In this document: one piece after another, positions 29,269-38,303 of the stretch
Numbering within the stretch: position 1 is the stretch's first letter
How the letters are laid out: every line of letters begins with the position of its first letter
IMG/VR virus record: IMGVR_UViG_3300033074_001347
Coordinates: 23,189-87,188 of that record
Reading direction: 5' to 3' (one strand)
From: a virus
Taxonomy: Duplodnaviria; Caudoviricetes
Length of the DNA: 64,000 bases
Notes under the pieces: generated by a model
What the model was told of the DNA's origin: nothing
The model's input: only the letters and a program-made list of their open reading frames with translations
Databases searched by the model: none
Program-made: the position numbers and the translations under genes

Positions 29269-32200
29269 TTAAGCCTTTGCCATTATACCCGCCCCTACAT
29301 ATACTGAATCCCCATCATTTAGACCGGCAATTTCTATAATTAGCCTTACATGAGTAACACCAGGGTCAAATTGAGGCACTGTACTCGCCGCAGGATATGT
29401 ATCTCTTGCCTTTGCCCACACGTCTCTGTTTCCAGTATAATAGGGATCGGTCGTATCATTATAGTAAGTAGAGAAGGTATTAAACTGGCCAGCTAATAGG
29501 CTTGTAGGAATAAGATCTTCTACGGTATAGCTTAGAGTACCAGTAGCGGTGGATGCCGTGGTAGAGGGTGCATAATACCTAAACTGAGTGGTACTATCTA
29601 CGTTTGTAACAATCTTTCTACCATTGTACTCTGCTTGATTAGCCCCTACCATTGTAACAATATGGCCAACCTGCAAGTTGTGTGGCGTTCCGGTAACAAC
29701 TCTAACTGTACTACCAGAGAATGTAGCGCCAGTAACCGTTGCAGGCAAGGTTCTACCCTTTCTATATCCTCTGAATAACATAGTAGTAGATAGGGTACCA
29801 GTAGTGCTAGGGGCACGTATTACCAACTGAGAGGCTAACCTATCTAAAGCAGTAATAGGAGTTGCCTCTTCACTTATTATTCTATACCAACCAGAAGAAC
29901 TACCAGTCCTACTCACCTTTAAGCTTAATGTAGATCCATCAAATCCATAAGTATTACTTATAGTACCACTGAAATTAGCAGCCCCATTATCATATATCCA
30001 TCCCGGTACAGATCCGAAGTCCAACGTAGCCCCATTAGACACAGTAGTATCACTAAATTTCCAATTGTGGTTTAAAATAGAAGACCTGCTTATTATTTGC
30101 TTGTACCCCGAAAATCTTACCCCTGATGCACTTATTACATTCACGGACGCATCGCACAGAAATAATCCATTAGTAGTAATTGTATGGTTTTCATAACCTG
30201 CTATAGCTACATTATTTAATGTCAGATTCATGGGGCCCTGAAACAGAGGTATCCTTGCTAAGGCTCCACCATCAGATCTGGTTCCGCTTATACCTCTCCA
30301 TCCGTTATTAGCAACAACCATACGACAGTTATTTAAACCCACTGACACGGTAGGTGAGGATATAGTACTTATAAAACCTCCTACGTCATAACAGTTTTCT
30401 ATGTGACAGTCATCAAATACTATTCTATTTCTATTTATCCCTGTGTTTATCTTTAAACAAAAGTCTCTAAGATAATCTAGCGAACAACCATTAAATACAA
30501 GATCATACCCAGAGGCATCTAGGACAATGCCCTGATCGCAGCTACCAAAAGTACAATTAAAGAACTTCATGTTCTCCCCTGAATTAGAGGATGTACCTGC
30601 TGGCTGTTGAAACATAACGCATACAGTACCCCCACTAAACACACAGTCGTTAAAGCAGGATAGATAAGTATCATATTTATTAAATCTAAGGATGTTATAA
30701 AAATCGCTCACATTAATATTACTAAACATAATATCACGAGCGTCATACTGTATTCCACTTCCTATGTCTGATTCATTTCCCACAGATACCCCTATAGATG
30801 ACCCGCTAGTTCCCGGGCCTATTATGGATAGTACTCCGTCTACCCCGTTCAAAACGGCACTAGGAAATGGGCCAATCTTTCTGCCGTTAGACCATGTACC
30901 TGGCAAGGTAGGGGCACCTGCTACGCTAACTTTAATAGCATTAGCGCTATTAGACATACCAGTGAAATCTAGTTCAACAGGGGATAGTGTTTTGAGTTTT
31001 ATCCATGGGTCTATTCTAAAGTTAGAATCCATTTTATACCTACCGAAGGGTACTCTAATTATATTAGCCGGGATATAGGTACCCATGCTAGTGGCAGTGT
31101 TGTATATAGTCTGTCTGTTGGCCTCAAAAGCGTCTCTAGAATTAACTGTACCTGTAGTATCCGCACCAAAAAATGTAACATCAGTATCAGGCACCTTTAT
31201 GTTAGACACGGGTCCACCGGCAGTATCAATACCAATTAATTGTCTGGCATTACCTTTTTTACCTATGTGACTGTTTATTACTATGTTTGTGGCATTGGTT
31301 ATTCTAAGTGGCGTTAGAATGGTGGTGGGGCTTTGGTCATCTATTGAAACTATAGAGCCTATGGTCAAGTTAGAAGCTCCATTTATGAAGATATTGTCAT
31401 ATGAGTTTGTAGAGGATTGACCGTTATTCTTTGAGAATATGGAATTTACTACCATATTGGTGCCTTCTGCAAATACAATACCTTGATTTCCACAGCCTTC
31501 TGTTACTATGTAGCTACTAGTAACCCCTTCATACCCTCTAAATTTAATACCCATACCACCAGATTTATGTAATCTAGTATTTAATACGTTCCTTCTAGGA
31601 AATGTAGACGAGTCATCAGGTGAATCAGATCCATATAGTAAGCCTAGGCCTGATGCGTTTTCTACATCAATATTGAATGTGGAGTCAAATGTTTCACTGC
31701 CTACTGTAAAACCAACAGACCCTACAGGATCAATTATATTAGCTTGAACATTGCAGGAATAGTTGCCTAATGTATTGTACGCATAATCCTTTTGCACCCT
31801 AGCCCCGTGAAACCCTGCCGGCGACTTTATAACGCCTGTATAGTTTACACCCTTACCTCCCGATATTGTTAATCCAGAGGCACTACTATTCTCGGATATA
31901 GCCCCAGTAATTGTAATATTCTCACAAAGGTCAAGGTTAATAGAACCCGCATACGCCCAAGTAACACCACCGTCTGATGCAGATCCACTTGTATGTGTGG
32001 GCGCAGTAGAGCCTGATGTTCCACCTGCTGTTGTGGTGTATAAATAGTTACCGTTACTAACCTTAGCTCCCGCCGCATAAGTAGTGGTAGATGCCCACGA
32101 GGCCGCTTTATATGAAACTACAGCAATACTATCATCTCCTGTATTTATACATATAGGGGCTACTACAGTAATTTTTTTGCTAGGGCCAGTACTGCCGTTT

Positions 32201-33462
32201 GTTATATGGACGCCATCAGCCAGCGTATTCTTAATATAGGGGTATAATATACGGATATCCGAGCTATTCTCACATAGAATGCCTCCTCCTGCTACATTAT
32301 TAATGCGCGCGCCTATAATGCTGATATTATTACATCCATTAAATACATAAATGGCGGCATTATTACTTCTTGTAGAAGGAGTACCTCCATTAATTTTTGG
32401 GAATTGTATTATTGAATTTTTTACATTTGATAGCCTTAAATATGTTGCGTTCTCATTATCAAACTTTATAGTTGCATTAGGATCACATATTAAATTTATA
32501 TTTTTAGATATTGTTAAACCTACTACCCCTGACATTAAGTATACCGCTTCCCCGTCTTTACTTCCTGGAATGTAAAGAGTTCCACCTTCTGGTGTATCGT
32601 TATATGCATTTGTCCAAGCAGTAAAGCAGTTTGTTTCCCCGTCTGCGACCGCTCCGTAATCTAATATATTTATATTAGATACTGTTACCTTGCTACTATC
32701 AAATATGGTCCATGAATTTGTTGCTGCATTTTTTAGTGCTAATAAAGGTACGGGTAAACTAGGATGCGTGTTTACTAAATAAGCCGTATTGTCTGTGGAT
32801 GACGCAAGTGGCAGGTTACTTAGTGAGGATACCGATGGTATTGAGTTATTTCCTCCAATATAATCCCATTTATTCTCCGCAATATTTTTTATCGCCAGAA
32901 TAGGCCCGCCTAACTTAGGATAACTAGACACATGATAAATACTGTTTATAGAGGAACTAATTGCAGGTAAATCGGTTACTAACTGTACAGATGGTATTAT
33001 AGGAGTATATTCAGTTATTACCGTAAAGTCCGTATTGTTTTGCTGATTTGTCCACTTTATTAATAATCTAAATTCAAGCCTATTACCAATTACCCCTGAA
33101 ACAGGATTAGTTTTAAATTTAGTGCTTAGGTTAGCCAGAGCACAAATAGCAAAAAGCGTACCGTCCTCTAAGAAGAGCCCAATATTACCAATCGTAAAAT
33201 TGCCGATGGTTTCAGCCAAAACTATTCTATACTCAAAAGTATTTGAGTCTACTGCATTATACTCCAAATCCCCACCAATGCCCTGATATACTTGACTAGC
33301 TACGTTAACTCGCTCTATCAGGTCATTGGTTGAACTATTTATTAGCGATTCCTGACCGATTTTAAAATTGGTTATATTTATCTTTGGTCCATTGCTTTGT
33401 GCACTTAATACTGCTGCCAGACCTGCATTTGTAATAACTGTTGTGTCTATGGTTAACGCCAT
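29269..33462 (-). CDS. Tailspike 1: anchor plus two pectate-lyase-like beta-helix (depolymerase-like) units
   Basis: Shared anchor; NILDYGAVADG and DVTFFGADTTG helix caps; ADGVHI and TGDDSIAV turns. Confidence 0.85.
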   Translation of the reverse strand: MALTIDTTVITNAGLAAVLSAQSNGPKINITNFKIGQESLINSSTNDLIERVNVASQVYQGIGGDLEYNAVDSNTFEYRIVLAETIGNFTIGNIGLFLEDGTLFAICALANLSTKFKTNPVSGVIGNRLEFRLLIKWTNQQNNTDFTVITEYTPIIPSVQLVTDLPAISSSINSIYHVSSYPKLGGPILAIKNIAENKWDYIGGNNSIPSVSSLSNLPLASSTDNTAYLVNTHPSLPVPLLALKNAATNSWTIFDSSKVTVSNINILDYGAVADGETNCFTAWTNAYNDTPEGGTLYIPGSKDGEAVYLMSGVVGLTISKNINLICDPNATIKFDNENATYLRLSNVKNSIIQFPKINGGTPSTRSNNAAIYVFNGCNNISIIGARINNVAGGGILCENSSDIRILYPYIKNTLADGVHITNGSTGPSKKITVVAPICINTGDDSIAVVSYKAASWASTTTYAAGAKVSNGNYLYTTTAGGTSGSTAPTHTSGSASDGGVTWAYAGSINLDLCENITITGAISENSSASGLTISGGKGVNYTGVIKSPAGFHGARVQKDYAYNTLGNYSCNVQANIIDPVGSVGFTVGSETFDSTFNIDVENASGLGLLYGSDSPDDSSTFPRRNVLNTRLHKSGGMGIKFRGYEGVTSSYIVTEGCGNQGIVFAEGTNMVVNSIFSKNNGQSSTNSYDNIFINGASNLTIGSIVSIDDQSPTTILTPLRITNATNIVINSHIGKKGNARQLIGIDTAGGPVSNIKVPDTDVTFFGADTTGTVNSRDAFEANRQTIYNTATSMGTYIPANIIRVPFGRYKMDSNFRIDPWIKLKTLSPVELDFTGMSNSANAIKVSVAGAPTLPGTWSNGRKIGPFPSAVLNGVDGVLSIIGPGTSGSSIGVSVGNESDIGSGIQYDARDIMFSNINVSDFYNILRFNKYDTYLSCFNDCVFSGGTVCVMFQQPAGTSSNSGENMKFFNCTFGSCDQGIVLDASGYDLVFNGCSLDYLRDFCLKINTGINRNRIVFDDCHIENCYDVGGFISTISSPTVSVGLNNCRMVVANNGWRGISGTRSDGGALARIPLFQGPMNLTLNNVAIAGYENHTITTNGLFLCDASVNVISASGVRFSGYKQIISRSSILNHNWKFSDTTVSNGATLDFGSVPGWIYDNGAANFSGTISNTYGFDGSTLSLKVSRTGSSSGWYRIISEEATPITALDRLASQLVIRAPSTTGTLSTTMLFRGYRKGRTLPATVTGATFSGSTVRVVTGTPHNLQVGHIVTMVGANQAEYNGRKIVTNVDSTTQFRYYAPSTTASTATGTLSYTVEDLIPTSLLAGQFNTFSTYYNDTTDPYYTGNRDVWAKARDTYPAASTVPQFDPGVTHVRLIIEIAGLNDGDSVYVGAGIMAKA
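31945..32043. repeat. Dispersed 99-bp repeat shared with 21445-21543
   Basis: Same alignment; sits inside the beta-helix of tailspike 1. Confidence 0.92.
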
Positions 33463-33473
33463 TTATGTATTCC

Positions 33474-34439
33474 TTAGTTTCCTGAAATTAATTCTTTTCC
33501 CGTCCACATACCAAATACAGGATTTATGACCCCCGTGACTTGTGTGGAGTATATATCTGGGAACTCAGCCTCAGCATAATCATAATAGGTACTTGTAGAT
33601 AATCCGATGCTACCTATACCTGTCATACTACTCTCTATATCACCCAGATTAATACTATTATAATACTCATCTAGGCTTGTACTCATACAATATAGGGTAT
33701 TAATTGCTTTACCTTCACCTATAGTCTCTGCAAAGGTATTTAGTCCTGAATGTATATGTGTTAATATGGCTAAGAGCAACCCTAGATTATCAGGTGGTAT
33801 AACGAGGTATCCATTATCATAAGTATGTTCATACAGAAGGTTGTTTAAATATATGTTACTAGCATCGGGAAAGAATCCTCTAGTAATGTATTTTAATACT
33901 AGGTGTATGGGGCTGAATTGATAAAATAAATCCCCTAAGTCTGTTTCATCAATAGGATACCTTTCGGCGTCATAAACAAGCTCAAAGTGGGAAGTAGGAT
34001 ACCATAATGCTATATTCTCATTCCCTAAAGTAGGAACAGATAGAATTGTGCTGCCCCCTGCGTTGCGCTGAAAACCTCCAGAGTAATCCTCTCCGCTAGA
34101 CCATAATTGATATGATAAAAACTTTGAGTTCTTGATAAACCCTAGGAAGTCAATTGTAGCCTTTGTACCGCTAGAAGGATCATACAGCCTTTTATATTGC
34201 ATGAACCTTTGATAGTCTTTATCTGATAGCAGGTCATTTCTATAGTTAAATCCGAAAGAAGAAAGGGCCCGTATCAAATATTCCCTAGTAAGATTATAAG
34301 GATTTCTGACGTTTCTTAGGTCATTTAATGGGGAATATACTGTAGTATTTAGAACTTTATCCATGGCATCAGTTAGTGATGCCCATTCTGCCTTTGTTAG
34401 ATACTCCTGAGGTAGGAAATTGGCGTGCTTAATTACCAT
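33474..34439 (-). CDS. Baseplate wedge / fibre-attachment protein (P2 gpI-like)
   Basis: Position between gpJ-like and fibre genes; L...LSSFGF...GT..TIDFLG...PIHLVL pattern. Confidence 0.6.
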   Translation of the reverse strand: MVIKHANFLPQEYLTKAEWASLTDAMDKVLNTTVYSPLNDLRNVRNPYNLTREYLIRALSSFGFNYRNDLLSDKDYQRFMQYKRLYDPSSGTKATIDFLGFIKNSKFLSYQLWSSGEDYSGGFQRNAGGSTILSVPTLGNENIALWYPTSHFELVYDAERYPIDETDLGDLFYQFSPIHLVLKYITRGFFPDASNIYLNNLLYEHTYDNGYLVIPPDNLGLLLAILTHIHSGLNTFAETIGEGKAINTLYCMSTSLDEYYNSINLGDIESSMTGIGSIGLSTSTYYDYAEAEFPDIYSTQVTGVINPVFGMWTGKELISGN

Positions 34440-35992
34440 TATACACCTTGAATAGTTCCTCTATTACTCCAATGAGTAGTAATAGATAAAGTTCCCAATG
34501 CCGCGTAAGCCAAACTTCCTATAGACGTATCAGTGGTTGGAGCATTTATTTGAACATAATCTATAGAATCAGACGAGCTTATTATAGCATTATGTAAATC
34601 ACTTAAATAAACAGGATACCCTATTAAACCCAGCCTAGGGCTAAAGAACTTACTAACAGCTAATTCTACTCCCCTTTCAACCGCCGCCAAATCACTTTGA
34701 GGTTTACACCATATATTTAAAGTAACATTTATTGTGGTAGGGGTAGGATCTACCTTAACATAATTGAGCGCCAGTACGCCATACCTAGAATCTAGCCATG
34801 CTGTAAATGCTGACCAGTCTGTATCACTCCATTCTTGTGATGTTAAAAGTGTTATCTCTACCCTATTTAGGGCATAAGTCTGATCGGCATCAATATCCTT
34901 TTGACCCCTAACTACTGCATCAAGTACCGTAGGATATTTTAGTATGGTGGCTTTATAATCCTGTTTTGTTACTGCTCTATCAGCTGAGCTATACAATGAA
35001 GGACTTAATATCCTATAGAACTCAACATCCCTTTCATTGTCACCATATCTAGACCCAACAGTAACAGTGCCTGTAAGTTCTGGAAAGGCTGTGCAAATTA
35101 TATTATCATCTTGGCTTGCAAATGGGCCTGAATTACCAGTTGTAACGGCCCATGTAACATTTATGATTGAGTTTATTGAAGGTCTAACACCGTTAATGTT
35201 ATTACCAAATACAAGTTCTACATCCCCTGTAGGCAGGGTGTTTTCATAGAAAACCGTAGAGGTAGGACCATATTCCCACAGTCCCTTTGTAACTTTAGTA
35301 AATGATTCGCCTCCTATAGTAACCCATATATCGTCGTCACTAGTAGACCAATCCTGTGGGCCAATAGAATATTTTTGGAAGTCATCACCTGTACTGTTAA
35401 AAGTGGTACTTTGTAGTGAACCCTGATAAAGATTAACATTTATCGTAGATACGTTGTTTGAAAATGCATAAGCGGTTCTGTTAAAATGGGGAATGCCATT
35501 AACAGAAAACTGTGTTAACGCAGGTATTATTAGACTTCCTGTAGTATCAGACCTTGTTAATGTGGCTTCTATTATAGGAGGCCTTTTCCTTATAAGGTGC
35601 ACTCCTTCTGTACGCGCCAATGTATATATAGAAGTTTCATTTGTGGCGCTATCAAAGAAAGCCTCTTGTACACCTCTTTCTATACCAAACTGCGCAAAGG
35701 CTCCCATAGCTGCAATAAATTCTAATATGGTTTGGCCAATACCTGCGGTTAAAATGTCTGACCACCCATCAGCATTACTAAGAGCATCCATAAGTCTTAG
35801 TCTTATTTGCTCAAAGTCAGGCTGAGTTGTTGATAGTGTTAAGGGAGCATCCTCGTTTAAGGATCTCCAACTGTCAAGTATTGCCTCTACCTGTGAATTT
35901 GTGGTGGTTATACCTAGCGCTGATAATTGTGTTTTTATATATTCAGCAAATTCTGGTATAGCCCCTCCACTAAATTTATACTTATTGCTCAT
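34439..35992 (-). CDS. Baseplate wedge protein (P2 gpJ / T4 gp6-like)
   Basis: QEAFFDSA...SIYTLAR..G, ELVFGN.ING.RP and RAVTKQDY motifs. Confidence 0.88.
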   Translation of the reverse strand: MSNKYKFSGGAIPEFAEYIKTQLSALGITTTNSQVEAILDSWRSLNEDAPLTLSTTQPDFEQIRLRLMDALSNADGWSDILTAGIGQTILEFIAAMGAFAQFGIERGVQEAFFDSATNETSIYTLARTEGVHLIRKRPPIIEATLTRSDTTGSLIIPALTQFSVNGIPHFNRTAYAFSNNVSTINVNLYQGSLQSTTFNSTGDDFQKYSIGPQDWSTSDDDIWVTIGGESFTKVTKGLWEYGPTSTVFYENTLPTGDVELVFGNNINGVRPSINSIINVTWAVTTGNSGPFASQDDNIICTAFPELTGTVTVGSRYGDNERDVEFYRILSPSLYSSADRAVTKQDYKATILKYPTVLDAVVRGQKDIDADQTYALNRVEITLLTSQEWSDTDWSAFTAWLDSRYGVLALNYVKVDPTPTTINVTLNIWCKPQSDLAAVERGVELAVSKFFSPRLGLIGYPVYLSDLHNAIISSSDSIDYVQINAPTTDTSIGSLAYAALGTLSITTHWSNRGTIQGV

Positions 35993-35994
35993 TA

Positions 35995-36366
35995 TTATGC
36001 CTTCATTTCTAATGTAACCGTGTCTGTAATGTTAGTGCCAATAATATTGTATCTTATGTTTACTATAAAAATACCTCTATCGTAATTATAATAAACATTG
36101 GTATTTTGCATATCTACTGTAAGATATGTGACCCATCGTGTTACATCTCTAAGTACAGACGTTCTAATACTTTGTAAGGTTATATCATCGGCAGGTTCTT
36201 GAAGTAGTCTAGGAATATCAGACCCGAAGTCAGGTTCAAACTGTCTCTCTCCACGTAGGGTAGTTAGTACACTGGCAATATGACCCTTTATAGCATTAGT
36301 GTCCGTAGCTACCAGCTCTCTGGTACGTAGCGCACCTGAGAATCCAATATCTTTTAAAAATGCCAT
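35995..36366 (-). CDS. Baseplate sheath initiator (T4 gp25 / gpW-like)
   Basis: VLTT.RGER.F.PDFGS.I..LL.EP motif. Confidence 0.92.
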   Translation of the reverse strand: MAFLKDIGFSGALRTRELVATDTNAIKGHIASVLTTLRGERQFEPDFGSDIPRLLQEPADDITLQSIRTSVLRDVTRWVTYLTVDMQNTNVYYNYDRGIFIVNIRYNIIGTNITDTVTLEMKA

Positions 36367-36368
36367 TT

Positions 36369-37094
36369 TTACAACTTCTGATTAGCTACATTAGGTATAG
36401 ATGGAGTTGCCCTAGCGGTTCTAGTTGTAGGGGCAGTGGGACTACCTCCACTACCACTATTCAAATTTATATCCCCGCCATTTATATTAACCCCACCACT
36501 GCCATGTATATTTAGTGTAGAACTGCCATTTATATCAATAGCACCACCTGCGTGTAAATTAACATTACCAGAGGCCTTAATGCTAGCATTCCCTGTTACA
36601 TTTATGTCAGCTACACCACTTAATATAGTTAGATTACCCGAATTATTTATTTGTATTGTTGTACCAGATCTATGTATCAGTTTTATTTCACCAGTAGAGA
36701 AATCTATTTTCCATAAGTTATTATAGCGGTCTATCCATCCATGAACATTGGGATAATTTGCTTTTAACTCATTTGGTATTGTTGAAGGAAACTGTGCGCC
36801 TGCTATGTATGCCAAACTGTATCCCTCGTCATCAAGAAACGAAACCCACACCCAACTTCCCTTTTCAGGAACTTCTACTTTCCCGGTTATACCGTTACCC
36901 GTGTAATTTGAATATTGAATAGCCCATGGTAAATCCCCATCAGCATATTCTCTATGTAATTCTGGTATGCGTACACGTATTCTACATTGCTTCTGAGGAT
37001 CATTATTAAAGACAACTAATGCGGCAAAAAGCTTGCCGCGAAAGGAGCCATCATTATTTGTAGAATCGTTAACATTTTGTATAGCCATTAACAA
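36369..37094 (-). CDS. Baseplate central spike (gp5/gpV/VgrG-like OB fold + beta-helix)
   Basis: NDPQKQCRIRVRIP...LPWA...VPEKGSWVWVSFLD, followed by [VIL]-x-G repeats. Confidence 0.9.
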   Translation of the reverse strand: MLMAIQNVNDSTNNDGSFRGKLFAALVVFNNDPQKQCRIRVRIPELHREYADGDLPWAIQYSNYTGNGITGKVEVPEKGSWVWVSFLDDEGYSLAYIAGAQFPSTIPNELKANYPNVHGWIDRYNNLWKIDFSTGEIKLIHRSGTTIQINNSGNLTILSGVADINVTGNASIKASGNVNLHAGGAIDINGSSTLNIHGSGGVNINGGDINLNSGSGGSPTAPTTRTARATPSIPNVANQKL

Positions 37095-37112
37095 GCCTCA
37101 TTCATTCATTAT

Positions 37113-37120
37113 TAAATTGA
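37113..37120 (-). promoter_or_regulatory. Candidate late promoter TCAATTTA
   Basis: Directly after a terminator, 18-24 nt upstream of the spike gene. Confidence 0.55.
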
Positions 37121-37128
37121 ATAGGACT

Positions 37129-37156
37129 AAAAAAGGGGGCATATGCCCCCTTTTTT
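37129..37156. terminator. Bidirectional-type terminator inside the leftward tail operon
   Basis: AAAAAAGGGGGC-atat-GCCCCCTTTTTT. Confidence 0.85.
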
Positions 37157-37167
37157 ACCAATTACCC

Positions 37168-37740
37168 TTAAAACTTAAACATGCTTAGGAATCCACCCCT
37201 ACCTATTCGCTTATTTAGGTCCTTGGTAATACCCTCTAATAATGAGTTATCTTTATTCATGAAGGATAGAAGTTTTCTCATGTCCTTACCATCAAAGGCT
37301 ATGTTACTAAAACCACGTTTTTTGATCTTTTGTCCTATGTTATTGATACTATCAGTTTGTATATCATTAAATAATACGTCACTACCTTCCTTCATTTCCC
37401 ACTCAGGAATCTTCAATTCATCCTTACTCACGCTGTTATTTGCACCTAATATCTTATTATTAGACTCTATATATTTTTTGGCCTGGTATCTATTATATTT
37501 ACCATCCCTAAACTCTTCGGGATCTAGGTCTATATAGTAATACATAACTTTCCTAGTATCATTTATTTTGCCTGTATCCTCTACATACGATAGAAATAAA
37601 ATTATTCTACCTGATATAGAAGTGTTGCTAATGAAATACGAAACTCTAAAATCCGGTTCGGTTCTGAGAGTTTTAGTTTCTCTGCCAATAATTAACCTAC
37701 CGCTTTTATCCTTAGTAGGGTTATCAAAGTTAAATCTCAT
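37168..37740 (-). CDS. Hypothetical protein inserted among baseplate genes
   Basis: 190 aa; AAGGGG SD; preceded by a TCAATTTA motif. Confidence 0.7.
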   Translation of the reverse strand: MRFNFDNPTKDKSGRLIIGRETKTLRTEPDFRVSYFISNTSISGRIILFLSYVEDTGKINDTRKVMYYYIDLDPEEFRDGKYNRYQAKKYIESNNKILGANNSVSKDELKIPEWEMKEGSDVLFNDIQTDSINNIGQKIKKRGFSNIAFDGKDMRKLLSFMNKDNSLLEGITKDLNKRIGRGGFLSMFKF

Positions 37741-37764
37741 GTTATATATCCCTTTAGTTACAAC

Positions 37765-37772
37765 TAAATTGA
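37765..37772 (-). promoter_or_regulatory. Candidate late promoter TCAATTTA
   Basis: 24 nt upstream of ATG 37740. Confidence 0.5.
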
Positions 37773-38303
37773 TTATTTATATGGTTTCCATGATCTAAAA
37801 TCATAAACATATCCTATGTCTTTTTCTTTTATTTTAAACTCCTTATTCAGAACTAGTATTTCATGTTCTTTAACCAGATTTTCTAGGGTCATCATAACAT
37901 TAACTCCTATCATATTCCTTATTTGTTGTTCGGTATAGTGGTCTACTATGAATTTTAGGAACTCTTCTATATTTAGAAATATGTCTTTGTCACTTACTTT
38001 TCTCTCTAAAATAATATGGGTTGTGAACATCATTGCAACTTTTAGATTTGTAGTCCAGCTGCTAAACACATGGTCCTTGAGTTTTACCTTACCGTTAACA
38101 ATCTTATTAATGATGTCGTCCCTACTACCCTTTATAGTAAAGCCTCTATAAACTACACCAGAATATTTTGTAAATTCTGGTGGTATTTTTCCCTTAAATT
38201 TCTCTAGAGTTTTTCTAGCTTTGTTCCTTTGCGTCATAGAGCCCGGACCAATTTTTTCGGTTGACAACACCCAGTCAATAACTGCTTTCACTAAGTTGTC
38301 CAT
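37773..38303 (-). CDS. Putative R-S-E-type mono-ADP-ribosyltransferase
   Basis: VVYRG, FSSWTT....A..F and EHEILVL occur in canonical order. Confidence 0.7.
   Translation of the reverse strand: MDNLVKAVIDWVLSTEKIGPGSMTQRNKARKTLEKFKGKIPPEFTKYSGVVYRGFTIKGSRDDIINKIVNGKVKLKDHVFSSWTTNLKVAMMFTTHIILERKVSDKDIFLNIEEFLKFIVDHYTEQQIRNMIGVNVMMTLENLVKEHEILVLNKEFKIKEKDIGYVYDFRSWKPYK

Noticed and set aside
15645-33462. Diversity-generating retroelement or invertible shufflon acting on the fibres
   Set aside because: No reverse transcriptase or invertase in the window; repeats are direct, and their mismatches are synonymous rather than adenine-specific.
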